Below are positions 51,095-63,123 of a DNA stretch of 64,000 nucleotides, in pieces (position 1 is the stretch's first letter; each line of letters starts with the position of its first letter). The stretch lies in contig OZ251539.1 in assembly GCA_965243135.1 (NCBI GenBank), positions 1,600,001 through 1,664,000 on the forward strand. The letters run 5' to 3'. The notes beneath the pieces were generated by a model. The model was not told the origin of the DNA, made no database searches, and saw nothing but the letters and a program-made list of their open reading frames with translations. The translations under genes were made by a program, and so were the position numbers. The DNA is from Alphaproteobacteria bacterium. Lineage in GTDB: Bacteria > Pseudomonadota > Alphaproteobacteria > MPNO01 > UBA830.

Positions 51095-52632
51095 CAGGCC
51101 GCGCTCTCGTCGAAGCGCGGGAAAACAGGCGTGGGCTTCGGCAACGGCGTTCCCGGCGCGAGCGCGTCGCCGATGGCCGAAAAATCGCGGGCGCCGGGGT
51201 CGACGCCGAGTTGATCGAGTATCTTGGCCGCGGAGTCCGGCACGAAGGGCTGGAGGTACAGCCCGAGACGGCGAATGGCTTCCGCCAGAACGTAGAGCGC
51301 GGCATCGCGTCGCTTCGGATCTTCCTTGTGAAGGCGCCATGGAGCCTGCCGGTCGACATAGGTGTTGGCCGCCTTGACCAGCGTCCAGATGCGCTCGAGG
51401 GCTTCGTGCAGCGCCTGAACGTCCATTTGCCTGCGAACGGCGTCGAGCGTGGCCTTCGCCTGTTCGAGCAAGGCCTCGTCTTCCGATGTCCGGTCGCCGG
51501 GGGCCGGCACCCGGCCGTCGCAATAGCGTCCAATCATGGACAGGACGCGCTGAACCAGATTGCCGAGGTCGTTCGCCAGGTCGCCGTTGATGCGGTTCAA
51601 CACGGATTTGTGCGAGAAATCGCCGTCGTTGCCGAACGGCACCTCGCGCAGAAGGAAGTAGCGAACCTGGTCGAGGCCGTAGGTCTCCACGATCTTGCGG
51701 GGATCGATGACGTTGCCGAGGGACTTCGAGATCTTCTGGCCCTCGTTGGTCCACCAGCCGTGGGCGAAGACCCGCTTCGGCGGCTGCAGCCCCGCCCCCA
51801 TCAGGAAGGCTGGCCAATAGACGGCGTGAAAGCGAAGAATGTCCTTGCCCACCATGTGAAGGCTGGCCGGCCAGTATCGACCGTAGGTTTCCGCCTCCGT
51901 GTCAGGGTAGTCGACGGCGGTGATGTAGTTGGTCAGCGCGTCCAGCCAGACATAGATGATGTGGCCGGCGCCGCCCGGGACCGGAATGCCCCATCCGAAA
52001 CTGGTTCGAGACACCGAAAGGTCCTGCAGCCCGCCCTTCACGAAGCTGACGACTTCGTTGCGCCGCGACGCCGGCGCGACGAAGTCGGGATTCTCGTCGT
52101 AGAATTCGAGAAGCCGCTCCTGCCACTTGGAAAGGTCGAAGAAGTAGCTCGGTTCCTCGACCCACTCGCATTCGGCTCCGGACGGCGCGACCTTCGCCCC
52201 GCCCTCGCCTTCGGTCAGCTCGCTCTCCGCGTAGAACGCCTCGTCGCGCACGGCGTACCAGCCGGCGTAAGTGCCCAGATAGATGTGTCCGTTGCGTTCG
52301 AGCGCGCTCCAGATCTCCTGGCTGGCGCGCGCGTGGCGTGCCTCCGTCGTGCGGATGAACGCATCGTTGCTGTAGTTCATGAAGGAGGCCAGATCGCGGA
52401 AATTCCGCGAAACTTCGTCCGTGAAATCGCGGGGATCCATGCCGGCGGCGGCGGCGGATTTCTCGACCTTCTGGCCGTGCTCGTCGGTGCCCGTAAGGAA
52501 GAAGACGTCGTAACCGTCGAGCCGCTTGAAGCGGGCGAGAACGTCGCAGGCCAGCGTCGTGTAGGCATGGCCGATATGCGGCGCGTCGTTCACGTAATAG
52601 ATCGGCGTCGTGATGTAGTAGGCTTCAGGCAT
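51094..52632 (-). CDS. metG: Methionine--tRNA ligase
   Basis: TTPIYY, HIGH, GTDEHG, YVWLDAL, KISKS. Confidence 0.97.
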   Translation of the reverse strand: MPEAYYITTPIYYVNDAPHIGHAYTTLACDVLARFKRLDGYDVFFLTGTDEHGQKVEKSAAAAGMDPRDFTDEVSRNFRDLASFMNYSNDAFIRTTEARHARASQEIWSALERNGHIYLGTYAGWYAVRDEAFYAESELTEGEGGAKVAPSGAECEWVEEPSYFFDLSKWQERLLEFYDENPDFVAPASRRNEVVSFVKGGLQDLSVSRTSFGWGIPVPGGAGHIIYVWLDALTNYITAVDYPDTEAETYGRYWPASLHMVGKDILRFHAVYWPAFLMGAGLQPPKRVFAHGWWTNEGQKISKSLGNVIDPRKIVETYGLDQVRYFLLREVPFGNDGDFSHKSVLNRINGDLANDLGNLVQRVLSMIGRYCDGRVPAPGDRTSEDEALLEQAKATLDAVRRQMDVQALHEALERIWTLVKAANTYVDRQAPWRLHKEDPKRRDAALYVLAEAIRRLGLYLQPFVPDSAAKILDQLGVDPGARDFSAIGDALAPGTPLPKPTPVFPRFDESAA

Positions 52633-52649
52633 CGTTCCGGGAGCGTGCG

Positions 52650-53684
52650 TCAACCCGCCGCCGCCTCGATGGCGCCGAGCGCGTCGAGCATCACCTGCTT
52701 CCTGTCGAGGTTGACCGCGTCCGCACGGGCGAACAGGCGTGTCGTCTTTTCCCACACATCGAGCCAACGATCAACACTCGCTCTCGCGCGCAGCCGCTCC
52801 AGGCGCTCGCGGTCTTCGCGGCCGTATCCCTTCAGATAGGCGCCGCGAGCGCCCGCGCTCACGAACCCGGCCAGGATGCGGGCCGTCAGGTCCACTGCGG
52901 TTCTCCATGCGTCGTCGGCGCGGGCGAAGCGGTCGGCGAACGCATGGGCCGCCGCCGCGTCCAGTCGGGGAAGGCCGGCGAGAATAGCCATGAGTTCCCC
53001 ATGCACCGCCAGCCCGTCGTTGTCGGCGAGCGCGAGCGCGCGTCCGACGCTTCCGTCCGACAGCCCCGTCAGGCGCTCGCGATCGGCCTCGCCGATCTCC
53101 GGCCGCCAGGCCGTCAGCAATTGATCGACCGTTTCGGCGGACAGCGGCGCCAGCCGCAACTTGCAGCATCGGGAATGAATGGTCGGCAGCAACCGTCCCG
53201 GCGCATGCGAAACCAGCAATATCAACGACCTTTCAGGAGGTTCTTCAAGCAATTTAAGAAGGGCGTTGGCGGCGTTGACGTTCATTTCCTCGGCGCCGTC
53301 GACGATCAGGACGCGCCATTCCCCCTCCCCCGCCGTCAGCATCATGGATTGGCCGGCGGCTCGGACCGCGTCCACGGGAATGACCGACTGCATTCGCTTG
53401 CCGTCGTCGGCAAGTCCGCGTTCGACGACATGCAGATCCACATGGCCGCCGCTGGCCACGCGCCGCGCGACCGGATGATCGGCCGGCACCGCCAAATCGG
53501 CCGTTGCGCCGCCCGCAAGAACGAACCGCGCGAATCGAAAGGCCAACGTCGCCTTGCCGATCCCCCTCGGACCCGAGATCAGCCAGCCATGCGGCAACCG
53601 AGCGCTTTTCCAGGCGTCGAGCAGGCGCGTTTCGGCGTCTTCGTGGCCGACCAGCTGCGCGTTTTCCCTGGGTTCGCCGGTCAT
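52650..53684 (-). CDS. holB: DNA polymerase III subunit delta'
   Basis: GPRGIGKATLA, NAANALLKLLEEPP, LPTIHSRC. Confidence 0.93.
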   Translation of the reverse strand: MTGEPRENAQLVGHEDAETRLLDAWKSARLPHGWLISGPRGIGKATLAFRFARFVLAGGATADLAVPADHPVARRVASGGHVDLHVVERGLADDGKRMQSVIPVDAVRAAGQSMMLTAGEGEWRVLIVDGAEEMNVNAANALLKLLEEPPERSLILLVSHAPGRLLPTIHSRCCKLRLAPLSAETVDQLLTAWRPEIGEADRERLTGLSDGSVGRALALADNDGLAVHGELMAILAGLPRLDAAAAHAFADRFARADDAWRTAVDLTARILAGFVSAGARGAYLKGYGREDRERLERLRARASVDRWLDVWEKTTRLFARADAVNLDRKQVMLDALGAIEAAAG

Positions 53685-54301
53685 GCGGAAAGACGGTCGG
53701 CGACCGCCTTCTCGACGCGGGAGGAGACGATTTCGACCGGCGCGTCCGCATCGATGACGACGACGCGTTCGGGCTCTTCCTCCGAGATTCCGAGAAAACC
53801 GTCCCGAACCTCCCTATGGAACGCCGCGTCCATGCGTTCGTACCGGTCGAGGCGCCCTTCCCTTCCCTCCAGGCGCTTCATCGCGCGCTCCACGGGAAGA
53901 TCGAGGATCAGGGTCAGATCCGGCCGGAAATCGCCCAGGGCCAGCTTGTACAGCGTCTCTATGGCCGCGGCGGCGACCCCCATGCCGGAACCCTGATAAG
54001 CGCGCGTCGAATCCGCGAACCGGTCGGAAACGACCCAGTCCCCGCGCCGCAAGGCCGGCGCGATCAGCGTGACGTAATGGTCGGCGCGGGCCGCGAATTG
54101 AAGCAACGCCTCGGTAGGCGGATCCCAGGCGATCGTCTCGTCGAGCAACAGTTCGCGAATTTTCTCGGCTCCCGGCGAACCGCCGGGCTCTCGGGTCGCC
54201 ACGACGTCGATTCCGCGCTGCCGCAACGCCTTCGCCAGCAGGCCGGCCTGCGTCGACTTGCCGGTTCCTTCGCCGCCTTCGATCGTTATGAACCTTCCCA
54301 T
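53681..54301 (-). CDS. tmk: Thymidylate kinase
   Basis: EGGEGTGKST, REPGG, DRFADST, PDLT. Confidence 0.96.
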   Translation of the reverse strand: MGRFITIEGGEGTGKSTQAGLLAKALRQRGIDVVATREPGGSPGAEKIRELLLDETIAWDPPTEALLQFAARADHYVTLIAPALRRGDWVVSDRFADSTRAYQGSGMGVAAAAIETLYKLALGDFRPDLTLILDLPVERAMKRLEGREGRLDRYERMDAAFHREVRDGFLGISEEEPERVVVIDADAPVEIVSSRVEKAVADRLSA

Positions 54302-54308
54302 CGACCGG

Positions 54309-55436
54309 TCAGGGCGCTCCGAACAGGAGATGCCGCGCGGCCGAGCCGATGCGCCCGAAGAAACCGAGACGCTCGACGTCCGCGCCGGCGACCAGCGGGA
54401 TTTCCAGAGCTTCCGTAGGGGGCGCGGAGACGACGAGGCTGCCCAGGCGCGCGCCCTTGCGAACCGGAGCGGAAACCGGTTCGACCAACCTGACCGTCAC
54501 CTTCAGCGCGGCGCGGGATTTACGGGAAAGGGACAGCTTCACGTCGCGCGCGATCGTCAACGGCACGCTCGCCTCCCGTCCCAGCCAGACGCTAGCCCTG
54601 TCGACGACTTCGCCCTCCGCGAACAACTGGTAGGGTCGGAAAGCGTTGAAAGCCCAATCCAGCAGGCGCCTGGCCTCGCCCGATCGCCGACGCGCGTTCG
54701 AGAGGCCGTTCAACACCATGACGATGCGCCGTTGGTCGCGGACGGCGGAAGCCGTCAGCCCGTACCCGGACCCCTTCGTATAACCTGTCTTCAGACCGTC
54801 CGCTCCCGTATCGCGATAAAGCAGCGGATTGCGGTTTCCCTGCTTTATCTTATTGTAGACGAACGTTTTTTCCTTGAACATCGCGTAGAGGTCAGGGAAT
54901 TCCTCGATGATGATCCGCGACAGCTTCGCGAGGTCGCGCGCCGACATCCAGTGATCCGGATGAGGCCAGCCGGTCGAGTTGACGAAGTTGCTTCCGGACA
55001 GGCCGAGCTCGCGCGCGCGGCGCGTCATCGAACTGGCGAATTTCTCTTCCGATCCCGCCAGGGCCTCGGCGACCACGATGCAGGCGTCGTTGCCCGACTG
55101 CACGATGATGCCGCGCAGCAGGTCCGATACGCTGACCATTTCTCCGACGCGCACGAACATCTTCGAGCCGCCCTTCTTCCAGGCCTTGCGGCTGATCGGA
55201 AGCATGGATTCCAATTCGAGGTCGCCGCTGCGAAGCGCCTCGAACACCATGTAAACGGTCATCAGCTTGCTCATCGAGGCGGGCGGCATCGGCGCGCTCG
55301 AGTTCTTGTCCAGAAGAACCGTGCCGGTCGACAGGTCGACGATATAGGCATGGGTGGCCGGCGTCTGAACTTGCTGGGCGTGCGCGCCGGCGCAGAAGAA
55401 GACCGCAAAACCGATCAGATGCAGAATGGGTCGCAT
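54309..55436 (-). CDS. D-alanyl-D-alanine carboxypeptidase (PBP5/6 family)
   Basis: Signal peptide, PASMSK, SGN, KTG. Confidence 0.93.
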   Translation of the reverse strand: MRPILHLIGFAVFFCAGAHAQQVQTPATHAYIVDLSTGTVLLDKNSSAPMPPASMSKLMTVYMVFEALRSGDLELESMLPISRKAWKKGGSKMFVRVGEMVSVSDLLRGIIVQSGNDACIVVAEALAGSEEKFASSMTRRARELGLSGSNFVNSTGWPHPDHWMSARDLAKLSRIIIEEFPDLYAMFKEKTFVYNKIKQGNRNPLLYRDTGADGLKTGYTKGSGYGLTASAVRDQRRIVMVLNGLSNARRRSGEARRLLDWAFNAFRPYQLFAEGEVVDRASVWLGREASVPLTIARDVKLSLSRKSRAALKVTVRLVEPVSAPVRKGARLGSLVVSAPPTEALEIPLVAGADVERLGFFGRIGSAARHLLFGAP

Positions 55437-55460
55437 GGATTGCCTCGCCAGGGACGCGGA

Positions 55461-56246
55461 TCAGTCTACAATGATCCGGGCTTGGGGAAACCCCGCAAGG
55501 ACGACGCGCTCCAATACCCCGTCGGCCTGCTCCACCGCCCGGAACGGACCGATCCTCACGCGGTAGAAGCGTGCGTTTCCGGCGCGGGCGCGCGTCAGCA
55601 GCGCAGGACCGTGTTTCGATAGCCGCTTGCGGACCCGGGTCGCGTCCGCGACATCGACGAAAGCTCCGGCCTGCACGAAAAGTTCCGGCGCTTTCGTCGG
55701 CGTCCGCGCCTGCCTTGTCCGCGTCGGAAGGGCCGGACCTCCTGCGTCCGGTCGCGGGCCGGAAGCGAGCAGCTTGAGCTGCAGGCTTTCTTCGGCATCG
55801 ATTTCCACCTTCACGGGCGCGGTTCCCTTTTCGCGGAATCCGAGAAGTTCCGCGCCCCGCCGCGACAGGGCGATTATTCGCCCGCGCGTCCGCGGGCCCC
55901 GGTCATTGACCCGCACTTTCAGCGAACGTCCGTTGCCCAGATTGGTTACGTTCACCACGCTGGGCATCGGCAACGTCTTGTGCGCGGCGGAAACGGCGTT
56001 CGCGCTGAACGTCTCGCCGTTCGCCGTGCGGCCGCCTTCCGCAGCGTACCAAGTGGCGACGCCGGTCTCCGCGTAACCGGGATCCTCGGCCGGATAGTAC
56101 CATGTGCCGGCTATCTGGTACGGGCCGCCGATCTCGTAGGCGTATTCGCGCGGACCGGTCGTTTCCGTGAGCTTCTTCGCGCTCTGCACCAGAAACGTGG
56201 TTTCCGCGCAGGCCCCGAGAAACAGAAGCAGCAGAAGGGCCGGCAT
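55461..56246 (-). CDS. rlpA: Septal ring lytic transglycosylase RlpA (with SPOR domain)
   Basis: Lipobox LGAC, TANGE, AAHKTLP, VNDRGP, VQAGAF. Confidence 0.92.
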   Translation of the reverse strand: MPALLLLLFLGACAETTFLVQSAKKLTETTGPREYAYEIGGPYQIAGTWYYPAEDPGYAETGVATWYAAEGGRTANGETFSANAVSAAHKTLPMPSVVNVTNLGNGRSLKVRVNDRGPRTRGRIIALSRRGAELLGFREKGTAPVKVEIDAEESLQLKLLASGPRPDAGGPALPTRTRQARTPTKAPELFVQAGAFVDVADATRVRKRLSKHGPALLTRARAGNARFYRVRIGPFRAVEQADGVLERVVLAGFPQARIIVD

Positions 56247-56248
56247 GC

Positions 56249-57214
56249 CTACCGCCCGGCGATGCGGTCGGACAGGATGCCGACCGCGGTCGCGAAGAAG
56301 TCGGAGCGGTTCCAGCGAAGGAGCGACAGGAAATTGTCGTAAACGAGAAAATACGCGCCTTTCCCGGGCCGGATGAGCGAGGCGGAGAGGTCGCGCCCGG
56401 GCAGGTCGCTTCCGTCGCTCCGCCTTACGCCGAGCGCCTGCCATTCCGATAGGGGTTTCCGAACCTTGCGTCCGATCAGCTTTTCGTCGACGGATCCGAG
56501 GGGCCGGACCGCCCTGCCCCATGTCCGGTCGTTCTTCCAGCCGACCCGGACGAGATAATTGGCGGCGGAAGCGAAGACGTCCGCCCGCGACGTCCAGATG
56601 TCGCGTCTGCCGTCGCCGTCGAAATCGACGGCGTAGTTCCGGAACGACGAGGGCATGAACTGGCTCTGCCCCATGGCGCCAGCCCACGAGCCCTTCATGG
56701 CCGCCGCCGTGATGTGTCCTTCGTCGACGATATGCAGCGCGTTGAACAACTCCTTGCGGAAATACGCCGATCTGCGGCCGTCGTGCGCCAGAGTCGCAAG
56801 GGCGGCGATCACCGAAAATCCGCCCGTCAGCCTGCCGAAGTCGGTTTCCACGCCCCACAGAGCGACGATGAAGCGCGGCTGCACAGGATATCTGGCCGCG
56901 ACCTCGGCGAGCAACGCCGCGTTTTCGCGCAACAGCCGGCGCCCTTTGCGCACCCGGTCTTCGCTGGCGACGCGGGCCAGATAGCGATCGAAGGTCATCG
57001 TGAACTCGGGCTGGCGCCGGTCGAGCTCGATGACCCTGGGAATCGGGCGCAGCCCGCCCAGCGCGTTCTCGATCGTCTCGGGCTTCAGGCCGCGCTCCCG
57101 CGCTTCGGCGCGCGCTTCCTGCAACCAGGTTTCCCAAGTCTCGAAGCCAGGCGCCGCGCATGCGGTTCCAGCGACTGCGGCGGCGAGCGCGACCGCCAGG
57201 ATGGAACGAAACAT
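56249..57214 (-). CDS. Lytic murein transglycosylase (MltB/Slt35 family)
   Basis: DRRQPEF, WGVETDFG, GSWAGAMGQSQFMPS, DFDGDGRRD. Confidence 0.92.
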   Translation of the reverse strand: MFRSILAVALAAAVAGTACAAPGFETWETWLQEARAEARERGLKPETIENALGGLRPIPRVIELDRRQPEFTMTFDRYLARVASEDRVRKGRRLLRENAALLAEVAARYPVQPRFIVALWGVETDFGRLTGGFSVIAALATLAHDGRRSAYFRKELFNALHIVDEGHITAAAMKGSWAGAMGQSQFMPSSFRNYAVDFDGDGRRDIWTSRADVFASAANYLVRVGWKNDRTWGRAVRPLGSVDEKLIGRKVRKPLSEWQALGVRRSDGSDLPGRDLSASLIRPGKGAYFLVYDNFLSLLRWNRSDFFATAVGILSDRIAGR

Positions 57215-57245
57215 GGATTCTCCCACTTCTGCGACGATGCCGAAT

Positions 57246-57269
57246 TCATTACACCGCTCATTACACCGC
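57246..57269. repeat. Perfect 12-bp tandem duplication
   Basis: TCATTACACCGC x2. Confidence 0.9.
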
Positions 57270-57338
57270 CGACGCCGACTCGTGAATCGAAAATCCGCGC
57301 CCGCTGGAATTTTCAGTCAGGCGATGTAGTTTCGTCCG

Positions 57339-59159
57339 ATGAACAAAGGCGCGGAATTCGAATGGAGAGCGTTGCGCTCGCTCGCACCCTATCTGTGGTC
57401 GCGGGGAGGGGCGCAGGCGAAACTCCGAGTCGTGACCGCGCTTCTTTTGCTGGCCGCGGCCAAGGCGGCGACCGTCTGCGTTCCCGTGGTCTACGGAAGG
57501 ATCGTGGACCGGCTGGGCGACGGAACCGGGGCGGCGATCGCGCTCCCGGTCGCACTGATCGTCGCGTTCGGCGCGCTTCGCGTGCTTTCGATCGCGTTCG
57601 CGGAACTGCGCGACGCCGTCTTCACCAAAGTCGCCCAGCGGGCGATTCGCGACGTCGCGCTGCGCACCTTCCGGCACCTTCACCGCCTCGCTCTGCGTTA
57701 CCACCTGGAGCGGCAGACCGGCGGCGTGTCGCACGCCATCGAGCGCGGCACCAAGGCGATCGAGTTCCTGCTCCGCTTCACCCTGTTCAACATCGTGCCG
57801 ACGTTTCTCGAGCTCGTGATGGTCTGCGGCATCCTCTGGGCGGCGTTCGACATCTGGTATGCGCTCGCGGTTCTGATTTCGATCGCCGCCTATATCGCCT
57901 ACACCATGGTCGTGACCGAATGGCGCCTGAAATGGCGCCGCGAGATGAACGAAACCGACCAGAGGGCGAACACGCGCGCGATCGACAGCCTGCTCAACTA
58001 CGAAACCGTCAAGTATTTCGGCAACGAGGAATACGAGGCGGAGCGCTACGACAGGGCTCTCGAACGCTACGAACGGGCGTCGGTGATCAGCAAGACCAGC
58101 CTGGCGCTGCTCAATGTCGGCCAGGCCCTCATCGTCGGGGTCAGCCTCACGGTGATCGTGCTGATGGCGGGCGGAGACCTCGTGGACGGCCGGATGACCA
58201 TCGGCGATTTCGTGATGGTCAACACCTATCTGATCCAGCTCTACCTGCCGCTCAACTTTCTCGGCTTCGTGTACCGCGAGATCAAGCAGTCGATCACCGA
58301 CATGGCCTCGATGTTCGACCTTCTCGACATCGCTCCAGAGATCAGCGACCGGCCCGGCGCCGGGCCGCTGGAACCGGGACCGGGAGCGGTCGCGTTCAGA
58401 AACGTCTCTTTCGCCTACGATCCCCGCCGCGCCGTGCTGCGCGGCGTGAGCTTCAGCGTCCCGCCGGGGAAAAAGGTGGCCATCGTCGGGCCGTCGGGCG
58501 CCGGAAAATCGACCATCGGCCGCCTTCTCTTCAGGTTCTACGACGCCGACGAAGGCGCGATTCTGATCGACGGCAAGGACATCGGGGAGGTGACGCAGCG
58601 CAGCCTGCGGACGGCGATCGGCGTCGTGCCGCAGGACTGCGTGCTTTTCAACGACACGATCCATTACAACATCGCCTACGGCCGTCCGGACGCCACGCCG
58701 GCCGAGGTGGAGGAAGCGGCGCGGTCGGCCGCCATACACGATTTCATCGTTTCGACGCCGGACGGCTATCGGACGACGGTCGGCGAACGGGGGCTGAAGC
58801 TGTCCGGCGGCGAGAAGCAGCGCATCGCGATCGCCCGGGCGATCCTGAAGCGGCCGCGCCTTCTATTGTTCGACGAGGCGACCTCGGCGCTCGACACGCG
58901 CACCGAACGGGAAATCCAGTCGGCCCTCGAAGGGATTTCCCGGGATCGGACGACCGTGGTCATCGCGCACCGCCTCTCGACCGTCGTCGACGCGAGCGAA
59001 ATTCTGGTGCTGAACGCGGGACGGATCGTCGAGCGCGGACGCCATGGCGACCTGATCGCCCGGCGCGGGCTCTACGCGTCGATGTGGCGCCAGCAGCTGG
59101 CGGAAAGGCGAACCGGGGCCGACGGAGACGCGCCGCCGCCTTCAGATGGTCAGCCGTAG
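57339..59159 (+). CDS. Atm1/ABCB7-type ABC exporter
   Basis: HLERQTGG, DSLLNYETVKYF, LNFLGFVYREI, GERGLKLSGGEKQR. Confidence 0.92.
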   Translation: MNKGAEFEWRALRSLAPYLWSRGGAQAKLRVVTALLLLAAAKAATVCVPVVYGRIVDRLGDGTGAAIALPVALIVAFGALRVLSIAFAELRDAVFTKVAQRAIRDVALRTFRHLHRLALRYHLERQTGGVSHAIERGTKAIEFLLRFTLFNIVPTFLELVMVCGILWAAFDIWYALAVLISIAAYIAYTMVVTEWRLKWRREMNETDQRANTRAIDSLLNYETVKYFGNEEYEAERYDRALERYERASVISKTSLALLNVGQALIVGVSLTVIVLMAGGDLVDGRMTIGDFVMVNTYLIQLYLPLNFLGFVYREIKQSITDMASMFDLLDIAPEISDRPGAGPLEPGPGAVAFRNVSFAYDPRRAVLRGVSFSVPPGKKVAIVGPSGAGKSTIGRLLFRFYDADEGAILIDGKDIGEVTQRSLRTAIGVVPQDCVLFNDTIHYNIAYGRPDATPAEVEEAARSAAIHDFIVSTPDGYRTTVGERGLKLSGGEKQRIAIARAILKRPRLLLFDEATSALDTRTEREIQSALEGISRDRTTVVIAHRLSTVVDASEILVLNAGRIVERGRHGDLIARRGLYASMWRQQLAERRTGADGDAPPPSDGQP

Positions 59160-59578
59160 CGCTCCCTGGCGCGGGTTTCGAAGGCGCGAACCATTCGCCT
59201 TACGGCCTTGTGAAACAGGGGCTCCATCAGCTTGCGCAGAAGCAGCGAACGGAACTCGAAGTCGATGAAGAAGTCGATATCGCAGCCGCCGTCCGCCGGC
59301 GAGAACAGCCAGCGGTTCTCGAGGCGGCGGAACGGCCCGTCCAGGTATCTCACGTCGATCCGGCTCTTCGGCGTCAGCGAGACTTCCGAGGTGAAACTCT
59401 CCCGCAACGCTCCGAATCGGACGATCATTTTCGCCCGCAACGCGCCGTCCGATCGCTCCAAGACGCGGAGCGCGGCGCACCAGGGTAGAAACGCGGGATA
59501 ATCCTCGACCGCGGCGACCAGCTCGTACAACCGGTCCGGCGCGTACGGAAGGAAGCGCCTCTCCGAATGCGTCGGCAT
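59150..59578 (-). CDS. START-domain RatA/PasT/Coq10-family protein
   Basis: VAAVEDYPAFLPWC, GPFRRLENRW, FEFRS, FETRA; follows lipA. Confidence 0.9.
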   Translation of the reverse strand: MPTHSERRFLPYAPDRLYELVAAVEDYPAFLPWCAALRVLERSDGALRAKMIVRFGALRESFTSEVSLTPKSRIDVRYLDGPFRRLENRWLFSPADGGCDIDFFIDFEFRSLLLRKLMEPLFHKAVRRMVRAFETRARERYG

Positions 59579-59581
59579 GTT

Positions 59582-60506
59582 CTACGCGCCGACTGCGTCA
59601 CGGGCGGCGCGCAACTTTCGGTAATCGCTGTCGGCGTGATACGACGAACGCGTCAGGGGCGACGACGAGACCATCAGAAAGCCCTTCCCGCGCGCCGTCG
59701 CCGCGTAACCGTCGAATTCGCCGGGGGTCACGAAGCGGTCCACTGGATGGTGTTTCGGGGTCGGCTGCAGATACTGGCCGATCGTCAGGAAATCGACCTC
59801 GGCCGCGCGCAGGTCGTCCATCACCTGAAGCACTTCTTCCCTGCCCTCTCCCATCCCGGCCATCAGGCCCGATTTGGTGAAGACCGACGGGTCGAGGCGC
59901 TTCGCCCGGTCCAACAGCCGCAGCGAGTGGAAATAACGGGCGCCGGGACGCACCCTGGGATAGAGCCGCGGGACGGTTTCCAGATTGTGGTTGAACACGT
60001 CGGGCCGGGCCTCCATCACGACTTCTACGGCGCCCTGCTTCCTCAGAAAGTCGGGCGTCAGGACTTCGATGGTGGTCGCGGGCGACGTCTCGCGGATCCG
60101 GCGAATGACGCGGGCGAAATGAGCCGCGCCGCCGTCGTCGAGATCGTCCCGGTCGACCGAGGTGACGACGACGTGGCCGAGTCCGAGTTCGGCGACCGCC
60201 TCGGCCACGCGCCCGGGCTCTCCGGCGTCGAGGGGCCCGGGAATGCCGGTCGCGACGTTGCAGAACGCGCAAGCGCGGGTGCACGTCTCGCCCATGATCA
60301 TCATGGTCGCGTGCCTGTGCGCCCAGCATTCGCCGATGTTGGGACAGGCGGCTTCCTCGCACACCGTGACCAGTCCGAGCCGTCTGAGGATCGTGCGGGT
60401 TTCCTGCCAAACGGGCGAACCCGGCGCCCGCACCCGTATCCAGGGCGGCTTTCGCGGAATCGGGCTGTCCGGACGCCGCGCCTTCTCGGGATGCCGCGGC
60501 GCGGCC

Positions 60507-60529
<23 letters not shown>
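59582..60529 (-). CDS. lipA: Lipoyl synthase
   Basis: [31 protein letters not shown]. Confidence 0.97.
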
Positions 60530-61907
<1,378 letters not shown>

Positions 61908-61920
61908 GCGGTTTCTCCGG

Positions 61921-63123
61921 TCACAGCAGCATCGCCGGCGGATAGGCGACGAAACGCCTGATTTCCGCGAGCAATTCCGCTCCGGTCGCGCCGTCGACGA
62001 CGCGGTGGTCCACCGACAGCGTGCAGGTCATCACCGTCGCCGGCACGATCCGGCCGTCCTTGACGACCGGGCGCGGCTCTCCGGCTCCGACCGCGAGGAT
62101 GCACGCCTGCGGCGGGTTGATCACCGCGTCGAACTGCTTGACGCCGTACATGCCGAGATTGGATACGGAGAAAGAGCCGCCTCGATATTCTTCCGGAGCC
62201 AGGTCGCCGTCGCGGGCGCGGGCGGCGAGATCCTTCATCTCGGAAGAAATCCGCTTCAGCCCCTTGGTTTCCGCCGACCGCAGCACGGGCGTGACGAGTC
62301 CGCCCGGCACCGCGACCGCGACCGCGACGTCGGCGGTCCGGAACCGGCGCAGTTCGTTTTCGTTCTCGTAGGCGACGTTCGCGTCGGGAACGTTCATCAG
62401 GGCGAGCGCGCAAGCGCGCACGACGAAATCGTTCACGGAGATCCTGGTCCCGTCCTGCGCTTCGTTGAGCGCCTTGCGCACCTTGAGCAACTCGTCGATC
62501 TCGCAATCCATCGAGAGGTAGAAATGAGGCACCTGCGTCTTGGCTTCGGTCATGCGGCGGGCGATGACCTTGCGCATGGCGGACAGGCGAACGATTTCGG
62601 AATCGTCGCTCGCCGCAAGCGGCGGCGCCGCGACGGCCGCCTCCACGTCCCGCTTCACGATGCGGCCGCCGGGCCCCGATCCCGCAATTCCGGACAGGTC
62701 CAGTCCGGCCTGCGCCGCCATCCGGCGCGCCAGAGGGCTTGCGCGCGCGCCTCCCGGCAGCGAGGCGCCCGCAGCCGGCCTTTCCGGCGCGGCCGCCGGC
62801 GCGGCGGGCCGCGTTTCCGCCGCGTTCGCGCCGGGCGCTTCGGTCTCCGCCGCGGCGCTCTCCAGCGCCGCGGCGTCCTCGCCCTCCTCCAGCAGCAGTC
62901 CGATGGTCGCGTTGACCGGGACGTTTTCCGTTCCCGCCGCGACCAGCAGGCGGCCGACCGTTCCCTCGTCGACGGCTTCGACCTCCATCGACGCCTTGTC
63001 GGTCTCGATTTCGGCGATCACGTCGCCGGGGTTGACGCGATCGCCCTCCCCGACGTGCCATTTCGCGAGGTTGCCCTCGGTCATCGTCGGCGAAAGCGCC
63101 GGCATGAGTATCTTGATGGTCAT
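61921..63123 (-). CDS. pdhC: Pyruvate dehydrogenase E2 (dihydrolipoamide acetyltransferase)
   Basis: [30 protein letters not shown]. Confidence 0.95.
   Translation of the reverse strand: MTIKILMPALSPTMTEGNLAKWHVGEGDRVNPGDVIAEIETDKASMEVEAVDEGTVGRLLVAAGTENVPVNATIGLLLEEGEDAAALESAAAETEAPGANAAETRPAAPAAAPERPAAGASLPGGARASPLARRMAAQAGLDLSGIAGSGPGGRIVKRDVEAAVAAPPLAASDDSEIVRLSAMRKVIARRMTEAKTQVPHFYLSMDCEIDELLKVRKALNEAQDGTRISVNDFVVRACALALMNVPDANVAYENENELRRFRTADVAVAVAVPGGLVTPVLRSAETKGLKRISSEMKDLAARARDGDLAPEEYRGGSFSVSNLGMYGVKQFDAVINPPQACILAVGAGEPRPVVKDGRIVPATVMTCTLSVDHRVVDGATGAELLAEIRRFVAYPPAMLL

Noticed and set aside
59150-59578. RatA as a toxin-antitoxin toxin
   Set aside because: No RatB partner; lipA-linked Coq10-like START proteins are core respiratory genes
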